A DNA stretch of 32,000 nt from Dubosiella newyorkensis. GTDB lineage: Bacteria; Bacillota_I; Bacilli_A; Erysipelotrichales; Erysipelotrichaceae. Within the stretch, counting starts at the first letter, position 1; each line of letters begins with the position of its first letter. Position numbers and translations under genes: made by a program. Of this stretch, positions 8,267 through 16,629 are shown piece by piece. The stretch lies in the NCBI RefSeq assembly GCF_001945605.1, contig NZ_MPKA01000086.1, forward strand, positions 1 through 32,000, written 5' to 3'. The notes below the pieces were generated by a model. The model searched no databases and was not told where the DNA came from. It saw only the letters and a list, made by a program, of their open reading frames with translations.

Positions 8267-9467
8267 AGTCGAAAAAAGAGATGGGACGTTCGTCGATTTT
8301 GATCTAAAGAAGATCATCGCCGCAATCGAAAAAGCGTTTCAATCTCAAAACACGATCCAAGATCCTCAAATTATCGAACTTTTAGCTTTAAAAGTGAGCG
8401 CCGACTTCAAAAACAAGATCGAAGATGGCTATATTCAAGTCGAACAGATCCAAGATAGCGTGGAAAGCGTTTTAGCCCAAAGCGGATATGTGCAAGAAGC
8501 CAAAGCGTTCATCTTATATCGTGTTCAACGCACGAATGTCCGGAAACTTTCTTCTGAGAGAATCGAAGGCACATCGATGGATCTAGAAAGTTTGAAACAA
8601 AAGATCGTCGCCTCTTATGTGAGCCGTTTTTGGAGCAATGATATTTTTGATGCTTCCATACGAGAGGCTATGGAAAATAAAGCATTCGAATTTATCGATG
8701 ACAACGATCTAAAGCTAGGCAAGCTGTCCCTTTCTTTAGGAAAACACTTCGCCACGGATTCGATCGAAACATGCATCGACTGGATCGCCTCCCTATCTAA
8801 AGAATGGTCCGCTATCGACTTGTATGATCTTGAATCGGTGATTCATTTAAATGATGATCTAAAGAACTTGCTGTTAGTACTAGAAAACCTAGATTGTTGT
8901 TTTTCGATCGTTCTCGAAGAAAAAGAATGGATCTCAAAAATAGAAGAGATCAGCGAACGGATCGAGTGGAGATGGAAAACGTCGAGAGAAGCCATTTGCG
9001 AAATCGGACAAACTACAAAAATGACGCCGATCTATTCGATCGATCAAGAAAAAGAAATCGTCTGTGCTTCTTTATGGTTGAAGGATACGAATCAAATCGA
9101 ACTGGCTCAACGAGCTTTGATCACGAAAAAAGAAGTTTTTGAGCAGCTGTATCGAACCGGCTTTTATCCGAAAACGAAGCAATTGCTCAAGGATACCTTT
9201 GATCCCGTTTGTCAAATCTTTTCAGAAGAGATCCAGAACCAGCCTCTTCAAAACAAAAAGATCCATGTGATTTACCGCAAAGATTTCCATGAAAGCGATC
9301 TTTTTTTGATCCTACATTCCTTAGAGCAGATTCAGGTGCCTTCGATCTTGCGTTTTTATACGGATCTTGTCGATATCGATCCTGACGCTATCGAAGTTCT
9401 CCTTAAAAAAATTGGGGAAAGCGTGAATCAACCATTAAAATTTCAACTTTTTTTAAAAAAGTGTTGA
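8253..9467 (+). CDS. ATP-cone domain protein with an uncharacterised ~310-aa C-terminal region (no recognisable reductase or glycyl-radical motifs)
   Basis: Residues 1-~92 are a typical ATP-cone (ILKVEKRDGTFVDFDLKKIIAAIEKAF ... VEQIQDSVESVLAQSGYVQEAKAFILYRVQR), as found at the N-terminus of NrdD, NrdA and NrdR. I could not assign the rest of the protein to a family by eye. The gene overlaps the upstream ORF by 14 nt, which suggests translational coupling. Confidence 0.75.
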   Translation: MQILKVEKRDGTFVDFDLKKIIAAIEKAFQSQNTIQDPQIIELLALKVSADFKNKIEDGYIQVEQIQDSVESVLAQSGYVQEAKAFILYRVQRTNVRKLSSERIEGTSMDLESLKQKIVASYVSRFWSNDIFDASIREAMENKAFEFIDDNDLKLGKLSLSLGKHFATDSIETCIDWIASLSKEWSAIDLYDLESVIHLNDDLKNLLLVLENLDCCFSIVLEEKEWISKIEEISERIEWRWKTSREAICEIGQTTKMTPIYSIDQEKEIVCASLWLKDTNQIELAQRALITKKEVFEQLYRTGFYPKTKQLLKDTFDPVCQIFSEEIQNQPLQNKKIHVIYRKDFHESDLFLILHSLEQIQVPSILRFYTDLVDIDPDAIEVLLKKIGESVNQPLKFQLFLKKC

Positions 9468-9492
9468 AAATCGATTCTCTGTTTGCTATTAT
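9464..9492 (+). promoter_or_regulatory. Sigma-A type promoter for tRNA-Leu (TTGAAA-17-TATTAT)
   Basis: The -35 is TTGAAA at 9464-9469, overlapping the stop codon of the upstream ORF. The -10 is TATTAT at 9487-9492 with 17-nt spacing. The tRNA starts about 30 nt downstream. Confidence 0.6.
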
Positions 9493-9521
9493 GAATAGGC
9501 AATCAACGAACAGAGATTCAT

Positions 9522-9608
9522 GCCCGGGTGGTGAAATTGGTAGACGCAGTGGACTCAAAATCCACCGGTAGCGATACCGTACCGGTTCGAGTCCGGTCCT
9601 GGGCACCA
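9522..9608 (+). tRNA. tRNA-Leu (anticodon CAA), class II with long variable arm and encoded CCA
   Basis: The acceptor stem GCCCGGG pairs with CCTGGGC. The anticodon stem GTGGA/TCCAC carries the loop CT-CAA-AA. A long variable arm (GGTAGCGATACCGTACC) and a T-arm (CCGGTTCGAGTCCGG) are present, followed by a 3' ACCA. Confidence 0.93.
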
Positions 9609-9620
9609 TTTGCAATCATC

Positions 9621-9647
9621 AAGCAGCCGAGCTGCTTGTTTTTTTTT
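9621..9647 (+). terminator. Intrinsic terminator after tRNA-Leu
   Basis: The stem AAGCAGC (9621-9627) pairs with GCTGCTT (9631-9637) around a CGA loop, followed by G and then T x9. Confidence 0.8.
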
Positions 9648-9666
9648 ATAAAATTAGGAGGAAAGC

Positions 9667-10833
9667 ATGAAAGTCTTATTAGGGTTGAGCGGCGGGGTCG
9701 ACTCTGCCATAGCTGCGTATCTTTTACAAAAGCAAGGATATGACGTAACTTGCTGTTTTATGCGAAATTGGGATAGTTTTGCCAACAACGATATTTTAGG
9801 GAATCCATTGATCCAATCGGATATTTGTCCTCAAGAACAAGACTATCTCGACGCCAAAGCGGTCGCAGAACATCTAGGCTTGACTTTAGATCGAGTCGAT
9901 TTTATCGAAGACTACTGGAATAAAGTCTTTTTGACATTTTTAGAAGAATATAAAAAAGGAAGAACGCCCAATCCTGATATTTTATGCAATCAATACATTA
10001 AATTCGACGCTTTTTTCCAATACGCGATGGATCATGGGTACGATATGGTTGCTACCGGGCATTATGCGAGCACTCAACAAAAAGATGGCTTTACCTATCT
10101 TGCACGGGCAGCCGACACAAATAAAGATCAAACGTATTTTTTATGCCAAGTAGCGCCGGAAGCGATCGCTAAAACGCTCTTTCCCCTTGGCAATATCACA
10201 AAGTCGGAAGTCCGCAAGCTCGCCGAAGAGCTTGATCTAGAAAGCGTGATGAAGAAAAAAGACAGCACCGGGATCTGCTTTATTGGCGAGCGGAACTTTC
10301 GAGAATTCTTGAGCAACTATTTGCCATCCAAACCTGGAGAAATCATCGATATCAACACCGGAAAAATTGTCGGAGAACATATAGGTGTATTGTATTATAC
10401 GATCGGACAGCGCAAAGGACTTCACATCGATCACGAAAAAGGCCCATGGTTCGTGATCGGCAAAGATGTAGAAACGAATCGTCTATTTGTCACGCACCAT
10501 ACGCAAAAACAATGGCTTTCTTCCGATCAAGCGCTTATCAAAAACATCAACTGGATCGTCGAGGATAAAACATCGATCCCGCAAGAGCTTACATGCAAGT
10601 TTCGATATCGCCAAAAAGATCAAGACGTAAAACTCAAGTGGATCACGAACGACAGCGTGCTGCTTTCTTACCCTCAAGGAATCGAGGGCGTCACGGAAGG
10701 GCAAGAAGCCGTCCTTTATGATGGCGAGCTGTGTCTTGGAGGAGGCGTGATCGATGTCGTATATAAAGAAGGGAAAATCCTTCACGATACGATCTTGCAG
10801 CGTTATGAGGAATTGAGACATGGGCGAGACTAA
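9667..10833 (+). CDS. mnmA: tRNA 2-thiouridine(34) synthase (tRNA-specific 2-thiouridylase)
   Basis: A PP-loop (LGLSGGVDSAIAAYLL) is present, with catalytic cysteine contexts (CCFMRNWD, TPNPDILCN, DSTGICFIGE) and DQTYFL. The SD AGGAGG lies at 9656-9661. Confidence 0.95.
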   Translation: MKVLLGLSGGVDSAIAAYLLQKQGYDVTCCFMRNWDSFANNDILGNPLIQSDICPQEQDYLDAKAVAEHLGLTLDRVDFIEDYWNKVFLTFLEEYKKGRTPNPDILCNQYIKFDAFFQYAMDHGYDMVATGHYASTQQKDGFTYLARAADTNKDQTYFLCQVAPEAIAKTLFPLGNITKSEVRKLAEELDLESVMKKKDSTGICFIGERNFREFLSNYLPSKPGEIIDINTGKIVGEHIGVLYYTIGQRKGLHIDHEKGPWFVIGKDVETNRLFVTHHTQKQWLSSDQALIKNINWIVEDKTSIPQELTCKFRYRQKDQDVKLKWITNDSVLLSYPQGIEGVTEGQEAVLYDGELCLGGGVIDVVYKEGKILHDTILQRYEELRHGRD

Positions 10834-12943
10834 GCTCAAAGCGAAACTCGTTTCCATACGCTATACGAGTCCGGATCAAATGTTCATGGTCGGAACCTTT
10901 TTGCAATCCGATACGTATCATCGCTTTGTAGGGGCAGGGAAGCTTAGTGCGCCTGAAGTCGATTTTGAATATGAATTGATCGGGCACTTCGGGGAGCATC
11001 CTCGATATGGGACTCAATTCATGATCGAAGGAGCGCAAAAGATCCTTCCTACGCAAAAGGAAGCGATCATCGCTTTTCTTTCTTCTTCCCGTTTTCCGAC
11101 GATCGGGAAGAAAAGCGCCGAAAAGATCTATGAGACGTTTGGCGAAGACACGCTCAGTCGACTAAGCGAAGATCCGAGTTTATTAAAGCAGCTGGATGGC
11201 TTCCCAAAAAAGAAGATCGAGATCATTGAAGAAGGCTTAGCGGCATTTGCTGGATTTTCAAAGACGTATTTGGAACTAGTAGAACTCGGACTTTCTGAAC
11301 GGCAGATCCAGACGCTTGAAGAACAATACGACAATGTGCTAGATGTTCTTCAGGATGATCCTTTCACTCCATATTACGAAGTCTATGGTTTTGGATATAA
11401 AAGTTCAGAAAAAGTCGCCGATCACCTCAATATAGATCTTCGTGATTTTCGAAGGATCGACGCGAGGATCCATGAAGCGATCCAAAGCCACACGATGAAG
11501 AGCGGGGATACATTTATCGAGTATGCGCCGCTTCGAGCCATGTTTTCAGGGTTAAATCAAGAAGATTTTGAAGAATCGCTCCAACGGCTGATCGAAAAAG
11601 AACGCCTAGAGTACGATCGAGGCAAGTTTTATCCATATCATTTATTAAGCGAAGAAAAAACGATCGCCCGTTCGATCTTAGAACATCAATTCAAAGTGGA
11701 ACCGATCGATGAGGCCATCCTCGAGGAAAAAATCGAAGAAGTCGAATTCGCCTACGCCATCGAATACGATCCAACGCAAAAAAAGGCGATCAAGGAATTT
11801 TTCAATCATTCTTTTATGATCTTGAATGGCGGACCAGGAACTGGGAAGACAACGATCGTCAAAGGGATCCTCGCGCTGCTGAAATCTTTATTTCCGAGCG
11901 CTATCGTGCAGTTATGCGCGCCGACAGGCAGAGCGAGCAAACGATTGTATCAATTGTCGCAAAACGACTCGAAAACGATCCACTCACTTCTGCAGTGGAA
12001 TCTAGAAGATAATTCGTTCAAGAAAAATGAAAACGATCCTCTCGATATTGACTTTTTGATCGTCGATGAGACCTCAATGGTCGATACTCACGTATTTTCT
12101 CAGCTTTTACTCGCACTACCTTCGCATACGCGGATCTTGTTGATCGGAGACGAGGATCAGCTAGAAAGCGTTGGCCCGGGAAAAGTGTTCAATGACTTGA
12201 TCGATTCCAAGCAGTTTCCTTTGATCCATCTCGAAAAGATCTTTCGACAGTCCAGCGGATCGGGAATCCCGCTCTTAGCTCAAAATATTAGAGAAGAAAC
12301 AAGATGTCATTATGAAGATGGTGTCAAGTTTCAGGCATGCCGTTCATATGATGTGATGTCAATGATCACGCAATATCTTCAACGTATGAACCGCTTCGAA
12401 AGAGAAAAAGTGCAGATCATCGCGCCAAAATACAAAGGGAGCGCAGGCATAGACGCGATCAATCAAACTTTGCAGCTTCTTTTGAATCCACCTGCCCCCG
12501 ATAAAAAAGAATGGAAGATCGGGACCTATTTGTTCCGGGAAAATGATAGGGTGATGCTTTTGAAAAACATGCCCGAAGACGATGTCTATAATGGAGATAT
12601 GGGCGTGATCGTTCAAATTGAAAACAGTGTGATCAGTGTGGATTTTGGAGAACAGATCGTCGATTTTGATCAAGATATTTTATATTATTTGACACTCGCC
12701 TATTGTATCAGTGTTCATAAATCGCAAGGAAGCGAGTATTCGAATGTAATCTGTGTAGTCGCCGATCAAGCGAACTTCATGATGAATAAGCGCTTGCTGT
12801 ATACCGCTATATCCCGGGCGAAAAAAGAACTTCTTCTTTTGGGAGATCAAAGGCTCTTTGAAGAAAAAGTGCGTCAAGCCAACACTTCGATTCGAAGGAC
12901 TACCTTGCAAGAAAAGTTGGATCCAAAGCTTGCCCTGGATTGA
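10820..12943 (+). CDS. recD2: RecD2-type SF1B ATP-dependent DNA helicase (YrrC family)
   Basis: Walker A is ILNGGPGTGKTT and Walker B is FLIVDETSMVD. Motifs LIGDEDQLESVGPG and IFRQ are present, as is the C-terminal AYCISVHKSQGSEY...LLYTAISRAKKEL. The N-terminal HhH/OB region is typical of RecD2. The gene overlaps mnmA by 14 nt, and the synteny matches B. subtilis mnmA-yrrC. Confidence 0.93.
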   Translation: MGETKLKAKLVSIRYTSPDQMFMVGTFLQSDTYHRFVGAGKLSAPEVDFEYELIGHFGEHPRYGTQFMIEGAQKILPTQKEAIIAFLSSSRFPTIGKKSAEKIYETFGEDTLSRLSEDPSLLKQLDGFPKKKIEIIEEGLAAFAGFSKTYLELVELGLSERQIQTLEEQYDNVLDVLQDDPFTPYYEVYGFGYKSSEKVADHLNIDLRDFRRIDARIHEAIQSHTMKSGDTFIEYAPLRAMFSGLNQEDFEESLQRLIEKERLEYDRGKFYPYHLLSEEKTIARSILEHQFKVEPIDEAILEEKIEEVEFAYAIEYDPTQKKAIKEFFNHSFMILNGGPGTGKTTIVKGILALLKSLFPSAIVQLCAPTGRASKRLYQLSQNDSKTIHSLLQWNLEDNSFKKNENDPLDIDFLIVDETSMVDTHVFSQLLLALPSHTRILLIGDEDQLESVGPGKVFNDLIDSKQFPLIHLEKIFRQSSGSGIPLLAQNIREETRCHYEDGVKFQACRSYDVMSMITQYLQRMNRFEREKVQIIAPKYKGSAGIDAINQTLQLLLNPPAPDKKEWKIGTYLFRENDRVMLLKNMPEDDVYNGDMGVIVQIENSVISVDFGEQIVDFDQDILYYLTLAYCISVHKSQGSEYSNVICVVADQANFMMNKRLLYTAISRAKKELLLLGDQRLFEEKVRQANTSIRRTTLQEKLDPKLALD

Positions 12944-12968
12944 TTTTAGGATTCTTTTTTGTTAAGAT
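12940..12968 (+). promoter_or_regulatory. Sigma-A type promoter of the alaS leader (TTGATT-17-TAAGAT)
   Basis: The -35 is TTGATT at 12940-12945 and the -10 is TAAGAT at 12963-12968, directly upstream of the T-box leader. Confidence 0.5.
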
Positions 12969-12974
12969 ACGAGT

Positions 12975-13181
12975 AGTTTGACAATGAAAAAGAGGAGTAG
13001 AAGATCAGATCTTTGCAGAGACAAGGTGGCTGGTGAAAACCTTGAAGATCTTTTTTTTGAAGGCTGCTTTGGAGTTGAACCGCTCTTCGCGTTATCGAAG
13101 AATCAAGCGCATTCTTTATTGAAGAATGAATTAGGATGGTACCGCGTGATCAACGTTCCTAAATTTAGGGACGTTTTTTTT
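12975..13181 (+). promoter_or_regulatory. T-box riboswitch (Ala specifier) controlling alaS
   Basis: Stem I elements are present: an AGTA S-turn (GGAGTAGAAG), an AGAGA bulge and a distal GGTGAAAAC loop. The specifier loop reads GAAG-GCT-G (GCU at 13063-13065, with a second GCT at 13066-13068). The conserved T-box sequence AATTAGGATGGTACCGCG lies at ~13129-13146 and contains UGGU, complementary to the ACCA end of tRNA-Ala. A terminator follows (AACGTTCCTAAATTTAGGGACGTT plus T x8, 13152-13181), immediately before the alaS SD GGGAGGAG. Confidence 0.88.
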
Positions 13182-13195
13182 ATGGGAGGAGAACA

Positions 13196-15823
13196 ATGAA
13201 ACAATTAACAGGAAATCAAGTTCGACAAATGTTTTTGGATTATTTCGCGTCCAAAGGACATATGATCGAACCTGGCGCGAGCTTGATCCCAGACAATGAT
13301 CCAACGCTTTTATGGATCAATGCTGGAGTCGCGGCTCTTAAAAAGTATTTTGATGGTTCGCAAAAACCACGCTGTAATCGGATCGCCAACGCGCAGAAAA
13401 GTATCCGCACCAACGATATTGAAAATGTCGGAAAAACAGCAAGACACCATACGTTTTTCGAAATGCTCGGAAACTTTTCGATCGGTGATTATTTCAAAGA
13501 AGAAGCGATCCCATTCGCTTGGGAATTTTTGACTAGCGAAGAATGGATGGGCATCGATAAAGATCGTCTTTATGTTTCTGTCTATACAGATGATGAAGAC
13601 GCTTATCGGATCTGGACAGAAGTATGCAAAGTTGATCCTAGCCATATTCTGAAAACAGATGAGAACTTTTGGGAAATCGGAAAAGGTCCAGGAGGCCCGG
13701 ATTCAGAAATATTCTTCGATCGTGGCGAAAAATACGATCCAGAACACTTAGGAGAACGGCTCTTTTTTGAAGAGCTAGAGAACGATCGTTATGTCGAAGT
13801 GTGGAATGTCGTATTCTCGCAATTCAACTGCGATCCTGCGATCGACCGCAAAGAATATAAAGAACTTCCACAAAAAAACATCGATACAGGGATGGGATTG
13901 GAACGTTTGGTCGCTCTTATACAAGATGGAGAGACGAACTTTGATACAGATCTTTTCTTGCCAATCATCCACGCAACCGAGAAATACGCCAAATACCCTT
14001 ATGAAGGAGAATATAAAATGGCTTATCGGGTCATCGCCGATCACATCCGAACGATTGTATTCGCTTTAAGCGATGGCGCCAATTTCTCCAACAGCGGACG
14101 AGGCTATGTACTGCGCCGTGTGCTTAGAAGAGCGGCTCGTTATGGATTGAAGCTCGGGATCGATGAACCATTCCTCTATAAGCTTGTTCCCGTTGTCAAC
14201 GAGGTAATGAAAGATTTCTATCCATATTTGCAAGAACATACTTCGATGAACGAGAAGCTCATCAAAAATGAAGAGGAAACATTTAAAAAGACATTGAAGG
14301 TGGGCCAATCGATGCTTGATGAAGAGATCAAGAACGCAAAAGATGGCAAACTTGGTGGAGATGTCGTCTTCACTTTGTACGATACATATGGCTTCCCATT
14401 CGAGTTGACACAAGAAATCGCCGAAGAAAACGGATTGACAATCTCGCGCCAAGAATTCGACGCCCACATGCAAGAACAAAAAGAAAGAGCGCGGAACGCA
14501 CGAAATACGAAAGATTCATTCAACGCGCAAAACGAAGCTTTGATGAATTTTACGACACCTTCTGAATTTGTCGGTTATGATACGCTTGCTTGTCCTGGAC
14601 AAGTGATTGCTCTATTCAAAGAAGGAGAAATGGTTGATTCCCTGCAAGGAGAAGGAGAAGTGATCTTTGATCAAACTTGCTTCTATGCAGAAAGCGGCGG
14701 ACAAGTCGCGGATACAGGTGTGATCGAAAATGAAGAAGTCAAAGCGGATGTCGTCGATGTTCAAAAAACACGCAACTCGCAGCACTTATTGAAAGTTATT
14801 GTCCAAGAGGGGACATTGCATACGGGAGATATTCTCGAACAAAAAGTCGACGCGAAGCGCCGCATGAAGACGACAGCCAATCACTCCTGCACCCATTTGC
14901 TTCAAAGTGCTTTGAAAAAAGTGCTCGGCGAGCATATCCAGCAAGCTGGAAGCTTTGTCGGGCCTGATTATTTGCGCTTTGATTTCCGTCATTTTGAAAA
15001 GATCACACCAGAACAGCTTCATGAAGTCGAAGCGATCGTCAATAGCTATATCGAAAACGCATATCCAGTCACGAAAGAGATCATGGCGATCGAGGACGCG
15101 AAAAAATCGGGAGCTACCGCGCTATTCAACGAAAAATATGGAGATACGGTCCGCGTCGTAACAATGGGGGATGCTTCGAAAGAGTTTTGTGCTGGTACCC
15201 ATGTCAACAACACTTCGGCTATTGGTGTCTGCAAGATCATTGGCGAAGAATCGATCGGTTCCGATTCGAGACGGATCAGCGCGAAGACAGGATTTGCCGC
15301 TTATCAAGAGTTTGCCAACGAGCACCAGCAATTAGAAACGATCGCGGACGCTTTAAAACAGAAGAGCATCAAAGAGATCGATCAAAAGGTGATCTCAACG
15401 ATGGATTCATACAAGGAACTTCAAAAAGAAGCTGAAAAGATGAACAATCAAATCTTGTCTTTGAAATCCAACGAATGGATCAAAGATCAAGAAGAGATCA
15501 ACGGCTTCCATGTATTGATCAAAGCGATCAAAAACCTAGATGGGAAAGAGATGAAAGAAATCGCGACCGATCTCAAAGGCAAGGACGCGAATTTGATTGT
15601 CTTCTTCTACGCGATCAACAACGATAAAGTCGTCTTTGTTTCTGGTGTCGGAAAAGAAGCGATCGCCAAAAAAGCGAATGCTGGCACGCTTGTCAAATCG
15701 GCGGCCCAGATCTGCAAAGGAAATGGTGGTGGAAAGCCGGATCTAGCACAAGCAGGTGGTAAAGACGCTTCCATGATTCAAGAAGCGATCGATTTTGTGA
15801 AAGCAAGTATTCAATCTTTATAG
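13196..15823 (+). CDS. alaS: Alanine--tRNA ligase
   Basis: Class II AARS motifs are present (FFEMLGNFSIGDYFK, DTGMGLERL), along with the editing-domain HxxxH...CxxxH pattern (HSCTHLL...CAGTHV) and a C-terminal DHHA1-like GGGKPDLAQAGG. Length is 875 aa. Confidence 0.97.
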   Translation: MKQLTGNQVRQMFLDYFASKGHMIEPGASLIPDNDPTLLWINAGVAALKKYFDGSQKPRCNRIANAQKSIRTNDIENVGKTARHHTFFEMLGNFSIGDYFKEEAIPFAWEFLTSEEWMGIDKDRLYVSVYTDDEDAYRIWTEVCKVDPSHILKTDENFWEIGKGPGGPDSEIFFDRGEKYDPEHLGERLFFEELENDRYVEVWNVVFSQFNCDPAIDRKEYKELPQKNIDTGMGLERLVALIQDGETNFDTDLFLPIIHATEKYAKYPYEGEYKMAYRVIADHIRTIVFALSDGANFSNSGRGYVLRRVLRRAARYGLKLGIDEPFLYKLVPVVNEVMKDFYPYLQEHTSMNEKLIKNEEETFKKTLKVGQSMLDEEIKNAKDGKLGGDVVFTLYDTYGFPFELTQEIAEENGLTISRQEFDAHMQEQKERARNARNTKDSFNAQNEALMNFTTPSEFVGYDTLACPGQVIALFKEGEMVDSLQGEGEVIFDQTCFYAESGGQVADTGVIENEEVKADVVDVQKTRNSQHLLKVIVQEGTLHTGDILEQKVDAKRRMKTTANHSCTHLLQSALKKVLGEHIQQAGSFVGPDYLRFDFRHFEKITPEQLHEVEAIVNSYIENAYPVTKEIMAIEDAKKSGATALFNEKYGDTVRVVTMGDASKEFCAGTHVNNTSAIGVCKIIGEESIGSDSRRISAKTGFAAYQEFANEHQQLETIADALKQKSIKEIDQKVISTMDSYKELQKEAEKMNNQILSLKSNEWIKDQEEINGFHVLIKAIKNLDGKEMKEIATDLKGKDANLIVFFYAINNDKVVFVSGVGKEAIAKKANAGTLVKSAAQICKGNGGGKPDLAQAGGKDASMIQEAIDFVKASIQSL

Positions 15824-15912
15824 CCAAAGTGGCGAAAATGCCCAATTTTTTGCGAAATGAAAACACTTTTCTTTTTAAAATAGATAGTATACAATGACAA
15901 TATGTTAGGAGT

Positions 15913-16173
15913 GTGATGGGAATGAGAGACGTTACAGCAACGATGACTTTCACGACCGAAGAGATTCGACGCGAAAATATCAAAACGATTTTGAAAGAGG
16001 TAAGCCAAGCTTTAGAAGAACGCGGCTACAATTCGGAGAATCAGATCGCTGGTTATTTGATCAGCAACGATCCTGCTTATATTTCTTCACATAAGAACGC
16101 GCGGAATCTGATCCAACGTATTGAACGTTACGAGATCATTGAAGAGCTCGTCCGCGCTTATCTGGAAAAGTAG
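15913..16173 (+). CDS. ireB: IreB-family regulatory phosphoprotein (UPF0297, YrzL-like)
   Basis: The sequence EERGYNSENQIAGYLISNDPAYISSHKNARNLIQRIERYEIIEELVRAYL matches the UPF0297/IreB family. The position between alaS and ruvX is conserved. The real start may be ATG 15916 or 15922 (SD AGGAG at 15907-15911). Confidence 0.85.
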   Translation: MMGMRDVTATMTFTTEEIRRENIKTILKEVSQALEERGYNSENQIAGYLISNDPAYISSHKNARNLIQRIERYEIIEELVRAYLEK

Positions 16174-16175
16174 AG

Positions 16176-16601
16176 ATGGCGAAGATCATTGGTTTAGATC
16201 TTGGCAGTAAGACTTGCGGTATCGCGATCAGCGATGCTCTGCAAATGATCGCCCGCGCTTTGACGACCGTCCGTTTTGAATCGGATGATTATGAAGCGTG
16301 TTTGCAGGAAGTCTTGAAGATCTTGCAGGAACAGAAAGTAAAGGAAGTCGTCCTCGGCTTGCCAAAGCACATGAATGGCGATATTGGGGTCCGTGGACAG
16401 ATCTCGATCGATTTTTCGAAAATGTTGGAAGAACACGGGATTCAAGTCAAATTGTGGGATGAGAGGCTAACGACTGTAAGCGCAGAGAGGTTGTTGATCC
16501 AAGGGGATGTTTCGCGTAAAAAGCGAAAGAAGATCATCGATCAAATGGCGGCAGTTCAGATCTTGCAAAGTTATTTAGATCATAAAGGCGGGGGATTTTA
16601 A
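16176..16601 (+). CDS. ruvX: Putative pre-16S rRNA nuclease / Holliday-junction resolvase-like protein (YqgF family)
   Basis: The N-terminus is IIGLDLGSKTCGIAISD, followed by VLGLPKHMNGDIG and DERLTTVSAER, all hallmarks of YqgF/RuvX. Length is 141 aa. Confidence 0.92.
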   Translation: MAKIIGLDLGSKTCGIAISDALQMIARALTTVRFESDDYEACLQEVLKILQEQKVKEVVLGLPKHMNGDIGVRGQISIDFSKMLEEHGIQVKLWDERLTTVSAERLLIQGDVSRKKRKKIIDQMAAVQILQSYLDHKGGGF

Positions 16602-16629
16602 CTTCCGCTTTTTTTGAAAGGAGAATACA

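Noticed and set aside
7892-8317. A 141-aa ORF on the - strand spanning the junction of the MarR::NrdG-like gene and the ATP-cone gene. I considered it as a possible third component of the module.
   Set aside because: It is antisense to both better-supported ORFs, has no start context, and its sequence is low-complexity with no recognisable domain.
8253-9521. A simple frameshifted or truncated nrdD pseudogene
   Set aside because: The 404-aa frame is intact from the ATP-cone to its stop. Only ~55 nt (containing a promoter) remain before the tRNA, so no displaced downstream reductase fragment exists in any frame. If the protein is NrdD-derived, the loss is ancient rather than a recent frameshift.
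7118-9650. A tRNA-Leu-associated genomic island carrying the odd gene pair
   Set aside because: There is no integrase or recombinase and no direct repeat of the tRNA 3' end that I could find near 7100-7150. The pair lies upstream of the tRNA, not 3' of it. Its GATC density and codon style match the flanking core genes.
9403-9743. Two ORFs overlapping the tRNA region: 70 aa on the - strand at 9403-9615 and 71 aa on the + strand at 9528-9743
   Set aside because: Both run through the tRNA-Leu gene and its terminator. Neither has an SD or any recognisable similarity.
12978-13199. A 73-aa ORF immediately upstream of alaS
   Set aside because: The region contains all the T-box riboswitch hallmarks (AGTA, AGAGA, distal loop, GCU specifier, the AATTAGGATGGTACCGCG box, and a terminator). 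The ORF is a chance reading frame through the leader RNA.
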